From Amphiscolops sp. MND2022 (taxonomy: Eukaryota): DNA of 64,000 nt. Below the pieces are notes generated by a model. That model worked only from the letters and a program-made list of their open reading frames with translations. It did no database searches and was not told where the DNA came from. How positions within the stretch are numbered: the first letter of the stretch is position 1; every line of letters starts with the position of its first letter. Location of the stretch: the NCBI GenBank assembly GCA_964187785.1, contig OZ076409.1, positions 26,414,001 to 26,478,000 on the forward strand, given 5' to 3'. The position numbers and the translations under genes were made by a program. Positions 13,990 to 27,461 of this stretch are shown one piece after another.

Positions 13990-14525
13990 ATGCAGTGAAT
14001 TGACGTCGGTACATGTACCATACTGAAACACGTATTTTCTAGCACCGTTAAACGAACTATTTACATAATTTACTCAAAATACACGATTTACAGGAAAAAA
14101 TGAAGCAATTTCATGGGCTTCTGAATTGAGTATAGGAGTTATTCGACGTTCGCTCGGACACGAAAATAACTGGGAAAGGAAAGAAATGGCCATGACAAAT
14201 TTGCGAGAAAAGAAACTGGAACAAGCTATCAAGAATCTAGTTCTGGAGATCTTGTCGATCCCGGCCAGTTCCGGATCAGTGGAAAGAATGTTCTCTTTTC
14301 GTAATTTGAGATGCGAGGACAGACGAAACAGGTATCTATCAAAGAATTTGGAAAAGATTGTTGAAGCGTTTACCGCATGAACTAATTTTCAGAAACTTGA
14401 ATTTTACAGTCCATACACGGTACCGTACACGATAATTTTTTGTCCACGATACCGATGCACTAAAGGAAAGTACACAAAAAAACACGATACATAATTTTCA
14501 GTACACGAGTCAATTCACTACACTA
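13990..14525 (+). mobile_element. hAT transposase C-terminal remnant with degenerate TIRs (intronic)
   Basis: LVLEILSIPASSGSVERMFS is the hAT dimerisation motif (ORF 14126-14380). Inverted ends AGTGAATTGAC / GTCAATTCACT; no TSD seen. Confidence 0.7.
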
Positions 14526-17500
14526 ATATAAGAAAAGTTTTGTTACATTGAAATTAAAGATGTGCACAATTAATTCTAAAACAAATTTTCATTTGAATGT
14601 GTATCACTGCTCACCTTTTAGCAAAATGTTGAGGAGAATTGAAGTCGGAATCAGTGAAGGAAGAGAAATCCATTTTTCGTCCAAGAATTTGGCCTCTATA
14701 TATACTTTCTTCCAGTTCGATTTTCTTCACATGTTCGTTTTCGGAAGGATACGCTCGTTCGTATTCTTTCGCAACTGATGACGTATGTCCAAGAATCATG
14801 CCCGACATCTGGTGTCTAAAGCGCAATGATTAACAGCTTCGTGCTTTAGATCCACAAGAAATAGAGAAGACGTGTTCACCTCAGAAATGGTCAAAGATAA
14901 AGAAGTTGAATGCATTTTACAAAAATGCAACTGAGCAGACGCTTGAAATATTTTGACAAGAAAAAGAAACATTGTAAGCTTCGATACAAATGAGCGCTGA
15001 GGCAAATAAATGTCAAGAATGATAACCTTAAAAAACTCAATCTGTGCAGTTCATGTTTGAGATGGTTTTTGAAATAGCTTTTACCTATAAAACTTCTTTA
15101 AAGATCTTCATTGAATAGAATTAGGTTGCTTGTAATAAACTTTTTGCGGCATCTTTCAAACACGACAGGGTGATAAAAAATAGATTCTTACAGGAAAGTT
15201 GTCATAGGATTGCCCGACATGTCAACATCATCCATCGAAGGGAACAAGTTCTCTGGTCTTCGCCTTTTCCGGGGAGAAGACGCACATTTGTCATGTGAAG
15301 GAGTAGCTTTATCACTGAGCCTGTCACCTGTTCGAAAATACAAGGTGTCTTGATGCTTTTCAATTCCGAGTACCGAGAAACACCTAGAAGTTAAAATCAC
15401 GACATTACTTGGCTTAATAATCACAATTAGAAAAAATAAATACTAAAATAATTTAAATTAAGTGTTAATTGCTAACGATCTCAGCTTCAAAAATCAAGTT
15501 GAAAAAATAAAAAGGAAACTTTTGTTCTGCAATTAGACAGTTTTACGCACAAGGCCCTACCTGAAAAGGTCTCAATTACTTGTATACTACAGAACACACG
15601 ATCTACACATCGATCTATTCTTTTGGTGTTTTTAATCTGATGATGTTGCTTGTAATGTTGCCAGATAAATGAATTTTTTATTATTAATTTTTTATGGTTT
15701 TACGTTTCTATGAAATGATTTAAATCACTCTTGAATATAGTAGCATACACTGTTCAAATCGTTCTGAAACAGTTCGTTACAGTGAAATGCAAAACTTCTG
15801 ATATTGGTCCATACTTCTGTTGTTGAAAAAAGGAAAGAATGTGACATGATTCTCGTCATGGATCTACAACAACATTTCGATCAACGGACCCGTCTAAAGA
15901 AGATGTGGACGAATCACAACACTCGACCAATCAGAGAAGGCCAGCAAATGATAAGAAATTCATAACCAGAAAAACGAGACACAGAAGTGAACAGAGAGAC
16001 AATAAAACGAGTCGTTGAGTACTTATGCTCCAAGACGGATGCACGTCCTCACAGGATGATTGGCTAGTGGATGGGTTGATGACGACAAATTTCTTAACGT
16101 TTTCCATGCTTTAGAATATGTTCTCAGTTCTGGACGATAACTTATTAGCAGCACTGCAATTCCTCCACCTGTTTCTTACAGAAGCTACATCAAAAAATCA
16201 TGAAGGTACTGGAAACAATTTTGTTTTTCTGCGTGTCGGCCGTGGCATTCGATGTTTTAGAGTTTGAGAAAGTAGTATCTTTTGGCTTTTGAAGAGTACA
16301 TTCTCATCTCCCCCGAGGGTGGTGATAAGAATGTACTTGGGTATTTCTTGTTAACTGATAATTAATACAGCTTTCAATACTTTTCAGAATGGGTGAAAAA
16401 AACTTTGCGTGGTTTTGGTGCGCTAAACAACGTCAATTGAACAGCTTTGGATGAGTTTTGGATGAGACTTACATTTCCATTTTCAGTTTCGGCATTTTAA
16501 CCCCTTATCCTGCTCACACTCAAAACATCATAAGTCAAAGTCAGGTTAAGCTACAGAGACCTAGTATACCGCATTTTTCTCGCCTATTCGAGTACTTTCC
16601 ACATGCATCCTTTTCTAATCCTAGTTGTAAGGAAGTTTCTTGACTTTGGGAGACCTGAAGTTGGAAAAAAATTGGAGTTAAAAAAGTTTTTTTTGATTAT
16701 CTGAAGTCTCGTCATTTTTCAACGGGGGAATGCTGGAACACTGAAACAGCGGCAAAAGGACCAAATGGTCTCATTGGCACAAGTTTGGGCAGAATTTATC
16801 CATTTTGACTATCTTTGAAAATTTGGGCAAAATTTGTAGTCAAAAAATGACTGTTTTTTTAAACCATTTTTGGGCTAATTTTGGCTGTGTTTGTCGCATC
16901 CCAGCCATACTATTTTGATACCATTCCACAAATAGGACTCTAATATAGTGTAGAATGACTGTAGAAAATTTCGTTCGAATCGTATGAACAGTTTTTGAGA
17001 AATTCGAATAAAGTCGAAAAATGACTTTTTTGGCCATTTGTATGTTAATTTTGGCTATGTTTCTCACATCCCCGACATACGATTTTGATGCCATTGCACA
17101 TATAGGCCTCTAATATGGTGTAGAACGACTGTACAAAATTTCGTTCGCATCCTCAGGACAGTTTTCGAGATCGTATTCAGAAGTGCGTGTTTTGGATATG
17201 GTTGTTATTTAGCTCACCTCGATCTCGGGATAGGGGCCCTCCCATCCCTCGGGACAATTTTTGGGGATTCCCCCACTCACTTAAATTGCTCTTATAACGC
17301 TATTCTCATTACTTCATATTAACCTCTTGAAAACACTTGAGATTTATATTCACTTGTAATAATTTTTTGCTCTTTCTTTTCAATTTGGAGTAACTCAGTT
17401 GAGACCTAAGAACGTATCTTAGAAACTGAACGAAGACCTAAAATGAAGCTAACCGCTCGCCAACCAAGATCATCACACAATGATACTTGTTTTGCGATTA

Positions 17501-17951
17501 TAGACCTTTAGTGGAGATTTTGCCAATAGTTTCCTGTTTGGTCTCTAAATCATTGCAAAACTGCGGAACGTAAATGTAATGTCACATGAGATGACGACCT
17601 TTGAGATATACTCGTGAAAACATTCGTAGAAACTTATATTTGAAGATACATGGAATACCATATATGAACATGTTTTGTTTATTGACAATTTTGTTGACCG
17701 ATATCTGAACCAATGTTTCTCTTTTCTGAAAGTTACTACGAACACTAGTAACATATATATTGAATAAAACTCTTAGAAATCTGATATTGTTTTGACAACT
17801 TCGCCTAACTTTCGCCTTTGAAGTCCTTGTGCTATTTTTGAGTCTTAGGTATGGCGCTGACTAATGTCATTCCCGACTTGTTTACAAGCACAGTCGTTAT
17901 AGACGCAGATCATTCTATTTAATTAGAACTATATTGGCAAATTGGACTGAC

Positions 17952-18306
17952 CTTTTAGAGATTCTCGAGAAGTATCAGCCACACTTCCTTTACAGTTCCT
18001 TTTATGACTTCCCCAGTCAACTTTTTGACACTCTTTGGAGCAATATCCAACGTTTTTGCACTGGCTGCATATCAAAGCTCCAATTTTGGCACATTCTTCG
18101 TTATGACACGTACCAATGGTTCGTTGGGCAGCGTGATGAGAAGAGGTTCCCGTGTCACGGCTTTCGGAGCACGAGACCTTGTGATCTTTCCAACTAATCT
18201 TCTGACATTTCTGTGAGCAGTAGAAGACGTTTTTGCAACGACTGCAACGAAACAGTCCAAGGTTTCTACACGCCTTGTTTCCACAATTGTTGCTCTCAGA
18301 AGACAT
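17952..18306 (-). CDS. First exon: two tandem MYND zinc fingers
   Basis: C..C...CSRCKNVFYCSQKCQKISWKDHKVSC and C..C...CSQCKNVGYCSKECQKVDWGSHKRNC; ATG at 18306; donor AAG|GTCAGT after 17952. Confidence 0.9.
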
Positions 18307-20239
18307 CTACCTAAACGGGAAAGCTTGGAGCTCGGGACAACAGCTGAAACTATTGGCTTACCATCAAGTCATTGAACGAAAAATCTGACGTCTACAATAA
18401 AATTTTCCGTTTCAGAATTACTCCAAGGAGACGAAAACCAATTACAGAAATATCAAACTACACAAATTCGTCGGCAGGCCGGTTTTTAAACGACACATCA
18501 TCATCATTATTCCGTCAGACACATCAATAATTTCGGAGAAACGAGCGCGGCATCAAATAAAAGCTCCGTAATTTTGTACCCTATTGTGTGTGGGTTAGAT
18601 TGTTTAAGTTTATTAGCCGATTTTCGAAACGGGATAAAACAGCCGGTACTCCTGACCAAGTGTGGTCCCTCCGGGCACATATTATAATAGGCCCCTGTGG
18701 GCACAGTTTTATTTCTGCTTTAGAATTTCATTTTCAATAATAGACGATATCTGGAATACCAATACACTCCTCTGTTTAATCAAAATATAGCGCACAATTA
18801 ATTACTGTGCCAGTTTATGTCGCCAATAAATCTTCTCGGTCAAAGCAAATATAACTACCAAGCGTATACGGAGTTTCGCATTCACATTTGAATGCAGGCG
18901 AAGCTCTCGACGAACGAATAATTAACACTCAGTCGCATTATCTCAATAACGCGGCGTACGAAAGTAAAAATCATACTCACTCGCTCCATCGCACGAGAAT
19001 TGAACTTTTGAATTGAAACTGATTGAAAATCTCACGCTTATAGTCACTGCAGAAGAGAATATCTAAATTTTTCAGTAGATATTAACAAAACTTTGGCTGA
19101 AAAAAGGTGATATTTTCAGATTTTAATACTATTACCTTGCTTTGCAGAAAAATAATAAAAGTGGTCCCTGCATATTTTGTCGGGAATATTATAAAAACGT
19201 CGTCGCCAGACGTGCCATATGGACAGGTCTTAATGTTGCTACTTGGCGAAGGGAGCGATGTTACCGAGCCATACAAGAAATATGCTAAGTCATCCTAGTT
19301 AAAAGTGCTCGAAATTTTTACATGTTTTCATAGGCAGCAAGACATTAATTAGGTTTTTGGGAGCTGCTTAGAGAAGTTTTTATGCTCAATATTTTCATGC
19401 TGCGTCTTTTATGCTCAATATTTTCATGCTGCGTCACTAATTTTCTAGGTATTTATCAAGATTTCTCTACAACTTTCAAAACAACATCAAGGAAATTAAA
19501 AACACCCGCCCATTTTGGCAGGTTTTCGCGGGCAAAACCTCAAATTTTGTATGCACAGACACTATGATGACATAAACAAATATTCAACGAACGCCAATGT
19601 GGCAAACAAAATCGTAAAACTGGAACGTATTTCGGTGAAAAAATTTTGTTTTTGCTTGCAGCTGGTTGAAAAACACAATATTTATCTCTTTTCGGATTTG
19701 GAAAAATGAACATTTTCATATTGAAGTTTTATTGGGATTTTTCAGGAAACTACTTTGAGAACGGAATATTATGATCAGCGGTTTCGATTGGGTGAAACTT
19801 TTTTTCAGCCACGAAAATCGTAACAAAATCGGAAAAACTAAAAAAAATGTTATGGTAGGCTTTTATGAGCATTTCGTTTCAAATTCCATGCAAATCATCA
19901 ATTGTTTAAACATCTAGACAATGAAAATAATCGATCGTTCTGACAAATTCGAATTTTAGGAAACAAATATTAACAACGTTCAAATGTAAAGCGGGAATAC
20001 CGTATGAAGTAAGTTATGCTCGGTAAGACGGAATAAGGGGAAACTGAAATCGGTCTAAAGAAATAGAACTAATGGAATTACGACTAACATGCTCAAAATT
20101 TCTGAAACGTTCTTGTGAAATAGAACTAATTTCGTATTTTCTCAAACAGGAATTAGAACCATTTTGTTACGAAAATCGGAGCCAAATTTTTCGAGTAACC
20201 TGAATTCGAACTAACAAACTTCGAAGTTTCTAGGGAGTG

Positions 20240-20790
20240 ATTTCGAAATAATCGAAGGTTAAAAAAACAATTATGTCCATGATGGCTACATATATACGAA
20301 AAACAACTCGGATGCATTGAAGACAAGGCTGCGGTGTCGTGATTGGAAAAATGGACGTAAAGGCACTGCCTATATTGAGAATGGGAAATCTGGACGCGTC
20401 TACATTATCAGCAGTGTGGCCTTTCAGTGAGATATCATCGACTCTTTCGAAAAGACGTAGAATTGTTCTGCCAAAATCACCTAAAACAATTAGGGAATTT
20501 GACGAAGCCCTGAAAACAGACGAAGGAACCGTAAACGATAAAAACTTCTATCGAGGTTTCGTAACGGCAGGGCAGGTCAAGATTTTGCTATAACTTTCTT
20601 CCTAGACACTGAATCTGACGTTATCAAAAAAGTACAACATGGGAATATAGATGGCACAATCAAGGTTGTACCTAAACCGATCTTTCAGCTCGTTACGCTG
20701 CATGTTGTTATAATGGACAGTAATTCCAATTTTCTATGCATTCATGACCTCGAAAGGTCGAGCGATCTACTGAAGCCCTTTTTCTTCGTC
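20240..20790 (+). pseudogene. Decayed Mutator (MULE) transposase with FLYWCH-like N-terminus
   Basis: YVHDGYIYTKN...LRCRDWK (FLYWCH-like), LPKSPKT..FYRG, and IDGTIKVVPKPIFQLVTLHV (MULE first catalytic D). Frameshifts and stops; inverted GAACTAA-type subterminal repeats at ~20060-20215 and ~20940-21030. Confidence 0.8.
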
Positions 20791-21849
20791 TGCGATATTC
20801 CTACACCTGTCTAAAGTTTCAAAAATGTTCGTGGATAAAATGGGTGAAATTGAGTCCACGAAATTGGGAAGTTTTTTATCCGCTTCTGCTTTGTCTTTTG
20901 TTGTACTACTTTTATATTCCTATTTGCATTTATGTGTCCTATTTCCATTAGTTCTAAGGCGGCACTAAAAGAATTAGTCCTATTTCCATTAGTTCTGTTT
21001 CAGTTTTGATCAGTAGTTCTACTTGATTAGTCCGAATCTCTGTCTGCCGGAATAAAATCTAACGCCTAACATCTGATGAAATAAGATCTACAGATTTACT
21101 ATTCTCAAAAAACAGCCAGCGCCCAGACCTAATTTCCGGAATTCAACCAGCGACAAGATCTAAAACCTGAACTTAAAATACATAAAATCTTTTTTCATCA
21201 AGAGGTTTCGTAACGGCAGGGCAGGTCAAGATTTTGCTATAACTTTCTTCCTAGACACTGAATCTGACGTTATCAAAAAAGTACAACATGGGAATATAGA
21301 TGGCACAATCAAGGTTGTACCTAAACCGATCTTTCAGCTCGTTACGCTGCATGTTGTTATAATGGACAGTAATTCCAATTTTCTATGCATTCATGACCTC
21401 GAAAGGTCGAGCGATCTACTGAAGCCCTTTTTCTTCGTCTGCGATATTCCTACACCTGTCTAAAGTTTCAAAAATGTTCGTGGATAAAATGGGTGAAATT
21501 GAGTCCACGAAATTGGGAAGTTTTTTATCCGCTTCTGCTTTGTCTTTTGTTGTACTACTTTTATATTCCTATTTGCATTTATGTGTCCTATTTCCATTAG
21601 TTCTAAGGCGGCACTAAAAGAATTAGTCCTATTTCCATTAGTTCTGTTTCAGTTTTGATCAGTAGTTCTACTTGATTAGTCCGAATCTCTGTCTGCCGGA
21701 ATAAAATCTAACGCCTAACATCTGATGAAATAAGATCTACAGATTTACTATTCTCAAAAAACAGCCAGCGCCCAGACCTAATTTCCGGAATTCAACCAGC
21801 GACAAGATCTAAAACCTGAACTTAAAATACATAAAATCTTTTTTCATCA
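20553..21849. repeat. 649-bp tandem duplication of the MULE 3' part and flank
   Basis: 20553-21200 matches 21202-21849; no differences noticed by eye. Confidence 0.95.
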
Positions 21850-22149
21850 GGATTGCAATGAAAAATTTCAAGAATATTAAAGGAAACGATAAAATTTAAA
21901 GAATTATGTGTTCGAAGGCAATATTTACACAAGAAACAGGATGCTGTCAAGATTAGTCTTCGAAATAAGCGTTTAGCTTGAAGGCGGAAAATTTTGGCTA
22001 AACGTGCCAAAAAGAAAAATGTTATCAGGTTGAACAAGCTTTGTTGCTGCGTGACTCAATAGACATGTACTGGGTTGCTCAATTCGCTACACCTCGTTTT
22101 TCAACACAGAATTTTGAAATTCAGGCGAAGCGCGACCTGTTTGAATTTT

Positions 22150-23168
22150 TCTGTCAACGACTCCATCAATCGTGAGTATCTGTCAAAACGGGTGAAAATG
22201 CCACCTCGTACTTTCCGACGTAACATGAAAATCCTGGAAGAAGGGGGAACCTTGGAAAGAAAAAGTGGCCGACCTCTCCAAATATCCAGCAAAGAGAAAA
22301 AACACTTATGTCAAATTGCGCTCAAATCTCAGTTCGCATCAACTCGAAATGTCTGCGATCGTTACAACGAAAAGCTGGGACATCCGTCAGTAAATCCACA
22401 ATTTTTCGAGCTCTGAAATCGGCAGCGTGCAGAAGAAAACTGCAAAATCATCCTGAAAATCACACCGGAGATGGAGTAAAAAGAATCGAATTTTACAGAA
22501 CATGGAAGCACTTCAATTTCGGATAAACATGGCTTTTTGACGAGTGCGTATTCCCACTTTATCGGAATATAAAATCAAGCTTTGGAGTTTGAAAAAAGGG
22601 TCTTCAAAGGTTTCCCGAAGTTTTCACCCAAAAGTATGGTCTGGGGAGCAATATCGAGTAAAGGTTATTACATGAAAATCATCGAAAGATGTACAAATTA
22701 TAGATCCAAGTACTGCGAAATTTTTGGCGACTTTATTCCTTGCTTTTCCCGATGGTTGGATTCTAGAACAAGACGGCACCACACCCCACATTTCCCGATA
22801 AACTAAAGAATTTTTCTCGAAAATTCGGTAAATTTTTGAAGTGGCCACCCAATTCTGCAGACATTAATCCAGTGGAAACTATGTGGACGATGCTTCTTTT
22901 GTGAAGAAGAGAAATCAGCAAACAAAATACAAACTCATTCAGTATGTTCAAGAATCTAACATGTAATTTCGCATGCGGTAAGAAAAAACTTGATAGGTTC
23001 GCGCGTATGCGCCAGTGTCTTGAAAACGAGGGAAAATATGTAGAGAAATGGACTGGAACTGGATAGTCAAGACAAAGACGCAACAGACTCATCTTTTGTT
23101 ATATTATTTTGTTTGCTCAATGCTTAGAAAAATTTTTCCAACGGTCACTTTTTTGAACCAAAGTATAT
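22150..23168 (+). pseudogene. Decayed Tc1/mariner transposase
   Basis: HTH-linker KSGRP, FDEC, MVWGAISSKG, EQDGTTPH and WPPNSADINPVETMW across frameshifts; candidate right end ...CCAAAGTATA at ~23168. Confidence 0.85.
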
Positions 23169-25689
23169 TATATATTTTACTTTAATTATATTTGAGACGT
23201 TATTCGCAAGGTATTTGTATATGAATGTATTTCAGATCCTTGTAAATTCTCATCTGAATGCATTTCTTCACCAGACATGAATTCATCATTCAGTCATTGA
23301 GTCATTCATAAATGAATGAATAAAAGAACGAATGGCTGAATGAATGACCAGAAGATGAAACACAGAGGCGAAGCCGTGCTTCGCAAACACTTGCGATGAA
23401 AGTTGCGAACTTTTGAAGAAACCCAAATAAGCAATGTCATACGGAGAGCCAAGGGTAAAAAGACATGTTAAAATTTCATCAATTTTACGCCAAAAAATCT
23501 CGAAAACAATTCTTCTCCGACTGGAAACAACAGAAAACCCATCTTTCTCAACCGTAAACCTTTAAAAAACAGAAAATTGAGGAAAAAGTTTTTTCGAAAA
23601 TTTTCTGATGAAGGTCTCCGGCAAGTCGCATAGTGCCGAAAACCTTGAGCAGTGCTTTATGCTCTCAAGACGTTTCGTTTCTAGTAAAAATTGAGGGGGC
23701 TTCGATGAAAACAAATTAGAAAAGTCGCATAGAAAAAACAGCGGTCTTCAAAAAAAAACAAAAATCGGATATAGCGTGCTGGGCCTGAGAAAACCTAATT
23801 TTAGGACAAAAATTATTCGATTTGAAAAATCTCACAATGCCGAAAACTGTAAAAGGGGGGCACTTTGAGGTTTTTTTAACATCCATTTCGTTGCAAAATT
23901 TCAGAAAATCGAAGCGAGACTTGAAAAATTTTCAAAAAAATGAAAATTTTCAACAGTCTCATAGTGCCGAAAAATCTGAAAGGGACCCTTTGGGATTTTT
24001 TAACATTCGTTCTGTTGCGAAATACCAAAAAAAATGAAGGGAGGAATCTTTGGTGACATGAAAAAAAATGCGAAAAAAGTCACAAAGCCGAAATAACATG
24101 CACAAAAAATTTTGGTCGAGGGCGAGACTCGAACCCACGTCCTTCTGCTTGGCAGACCACAAAAAATCCTAATTAACCTCTATGCCAAGTGCCAGAAGTT
24201 GCGACTTGCACGGCCACAAATTCAGACTATGCGACTTGCGGTCTGAAACGAGAGAGTTGTCGCGCGGAAAAAGAAGCACCCGAACTTTCCCATAACACTT
24301 GCTTATCGCAAGTGTAATCATGTGTAGTGGAATCAATGCATTCATTCATTCATTCATAATTAATATAACTTGGTCAACGTCGATTGATTTTATCAACGGA
24401 ATTCCTGAGGAATAACGTCTAGGAAATCAGATCGAAAGCCAAATCTTGTTCATTCCCACTTTGTATTTGGTTCGACTTTTGAATATATTTTGTCATATAA
24501 AGCCAAGCAATGTTCTGCCTTTCAGATCTTGTTCGATCGAAAAAAAACAACGTCGTCGAACAACTACTGCAACATGTCGCAAACTGAAAGAAAGTAAGAA
24601 TTTTTGTTGGTACTCTAAAAATGCCCGACTCTTACAATGACTAGTTTTTTCTTCAGACCACAGACCTTACACTTGAAGGTCCATTTTTACAGCCTTTTTC
24701 TGGGCCTTCCTACCTTACTAGGAAGCAATCTCTGGTGCGTCCAAAGGGTACCGCCTTTTGTTTACCATAGTTAAAGCTTTTATCGTTACTAAACTCTTAC
24801 AGTGGGTAGTATTTCTTTCCTTTCACTCTGCATGGTCGACTCTTTTGTTCATTTGTTCAACTTAATATAATGTTTCAAAGTTCGGATATATCGTTTTGAA
24901 AGTTCGGATATGATGTCTTCAAAATTTCCGATATAACGTTTTCGAAGTTCGTATTTAACGTTTTTGTCAAAGTTTGGATATAACGTTTTCAAAGTTCGGA
25001 TACTTTTGTGTGCCTTGTTTCGACATCGTAGGCTTATTTTCGAAAAATTTCCAAGGTATTCAAAGGGTCCCCGTTTAATTTTTTGATAATTTGCAACAGA
25101 ATGGATCGGCGCGTAATTTTTGGCAATGAGAAAGTACTAAAATTTTGAAAACAATGTCGTTTGCATGTTCAAAAAACGCGAGCGGGGCTCGACTTGGGCC
25201 GTTCCCGGTTTGTTAATGTTTCCAGTTGGATTATCAAGTAGTGTTTGAGCTTTATATGTGTATCCCTTCGGGTATTTTTTGGCACTAAGAATTTGATAAA
25301 AATTTAATAATACTGCCGTTTGCAAATTTAAGAAACTTTACTCTTTGAACTTTGAGCAGGGGCCGTTGGCGGATTGTTTTCACTTGAAGAAACGTATATC
25401 ATACAACGTTAATTTGGAAAAACAACGGAATAAATCATCATCAAATTGTGTTAACAAAGTGACTGCATAGACACCCTCTGATTGCACATATCGTTATGGC
25501 CTCTCTATATAAATTGAAATTCATGACAAATTAAAACAATATTAAACCCTTTTTTAAATGTTCACCAGTCTTGAGTGTTATTCATCAAAATTTATTACTA
25601 TATCAAACTACGCGAGTTAATTTTATCACAATGATCTGCGAAATCGCATGCTTCCGCACTAACTGTTCGATGCAGTAGAGGTAATTTTA

Positions 25690-26970
25690 AAGTAAACGTG
25701 TGGTTTGTCGGGACACACGAGGAAGTGAAAGCGAGAGAGAAAGATGCCGCTGAGCTAATGGCGAGGGTTGAAGTCGGAGAGGAAATAAATCTGTCAAGCA
25801 TATCTCTGGGAGCTAGTACAACAAACATTGACCAAAAGCCCACCACATGGAGTGATGCTCCGTCCGCTCAAGAACAGTACATAATTTTCTCAGATTGCGA
25901 AACCGAGCACGTAATAGCCCCGTCTAAACGGAAACAACATCAAGTTGCCTCCAAGAAGAGCTGAAGCTTATGACGGCTGAACTGTCGAAATCGGTTAGTG
26001 CTTCGGATACAGTCGTAAAACCTATTTTGGAATAGGTTTTATTAATTTTTTGTCTGTTTAGAACGAAATACATCAACAAATGTTGCGCAGCACTATGCGT
26101 GTGGAGTGTAAAGTTGACCAGTCACGATGTGCGCACGAGGAGTGCAAAAATCGGTGCCGCAAAAATTTCAAAGATTTTTCATCGATAGTAAGTATCCTAA
26201 TCGTAGCTTCCAATTCGCTGCAGTACTGGCTGCACTGGAAAGACAGGAAGGGGTCAGTCACCTCAAACCTTTTCGCTTTGTTGCAGCATTAGCTGTGATA
26301 TATAGTTCTCGACGTTTTTAGTTTTAAAAAACCAATGAAATTAAACTTCTCGTGCCTGGCGTTAAGACCAAAGTACAGAATCAAATGATGGAATCGATGA
26401 CGAAAAACAACTCCTACGTTCCCGCCGCTGAAGACGTTCCACGTGTGTCCAAGATTTTCAAGGGTGAAGATCTCTTGGAGTGTGCTGGCGATGCTCCGAC
26501 TTTATACGGTCGCAAAATTGCCCGGAAGCTCTGGTCGAGAGAGGAACTCAGTAACCCCATTATGTCACCGGGGAAGGATTGGGAGTTCAGGGAGTATCCC
26601 CGCAGTCCCATGACTCCAACGCGAAAACTCTCTTCCATGGTTAATAGTTTCTTCGCGAGAATTGTTTTCCGGAAGTAAAAAGTTCATGTATCGTTGTAAT
26701 TTGATATTTTAACCTTAGGTCGATGCATTGTTTAAAAAAAACGCTAAAGATGCTTGTTCGAAAGTTTTTGTTTCGTTGATATTTTCTCTTTGCTCAGAGC
26801 GCGTTGAACACAAGTTCCTTTCCGTTCCGGGATGCTATATCAAGTCCCGCAACAGCGTCGACCATTTGGGAACGGAGCTGAAAAACCGTTCTAAGAATGT
26901 GAAGAAGCAATCGATGTCACCGAGCACTTCGACAACAGGCTCAGCAATGATGTCTCCTGCGGAGGTCCGT
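25690..26970 (+). pseudogene. Spliced BEN-domain-like gene with frameshifts
   Basis: In-phase GT-AG exons (..25993, 26062-26187, 26379-26639, 26798..). YGRKIARKLWSREEL..MSPGK..RSPMTPTRK..ERVEHKF..RNSVDHLG fits the BEN pattern. At least two frameshifts are needed. Confidence 0.6.
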
Positions 26971-27461
26971 CCGAAAACTTGGATTTGCAGTGTTCAGTGT
27001 GCCAATGACGTTATTTGCTGCCTTCAATTTTAAAAATAACTCGACTTGAAACTTCTAATAAAATTACATTTTCGTATCATGAAAATCGAAGTTCGAGTAA
27101 GATACTGTTTGGGCGTAATGAGCGTTATGTTTTTACTTCAAAACTGGTTGTGCTCAAGCAATCTAGTCGCAGTGTTTCCACCGCCCGCACTTCTCAACAA
27201 AAGAGTTTCACAGTGATTGCAAAAATTCGGTCTACATTAGAAGGCTTGTAGTACAACACTGGCGGTGCTGTGGTCTGAACAACTAGAATATGATCACAGT
27301 TAACGGATATTTCTTACAATCCTAAGAAGGTTATAACGTGTGAGTCGTCCTTTGCTACATGAGATGTTATGAAAGCAGTGTCTTTGTTTCAAGGTAACTT
27401 TATCGATCAATTTATGTTGTATATTTTTGGTAAAGTTTATAGCAAGAGAAGAATCAAAAGT

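Noticed and set aside
14550..16360. Additional internal exons of the MYND gene
   Set aside because: Coding-like composition, but I could not find an open, in-phase exon chain; left unannotated.
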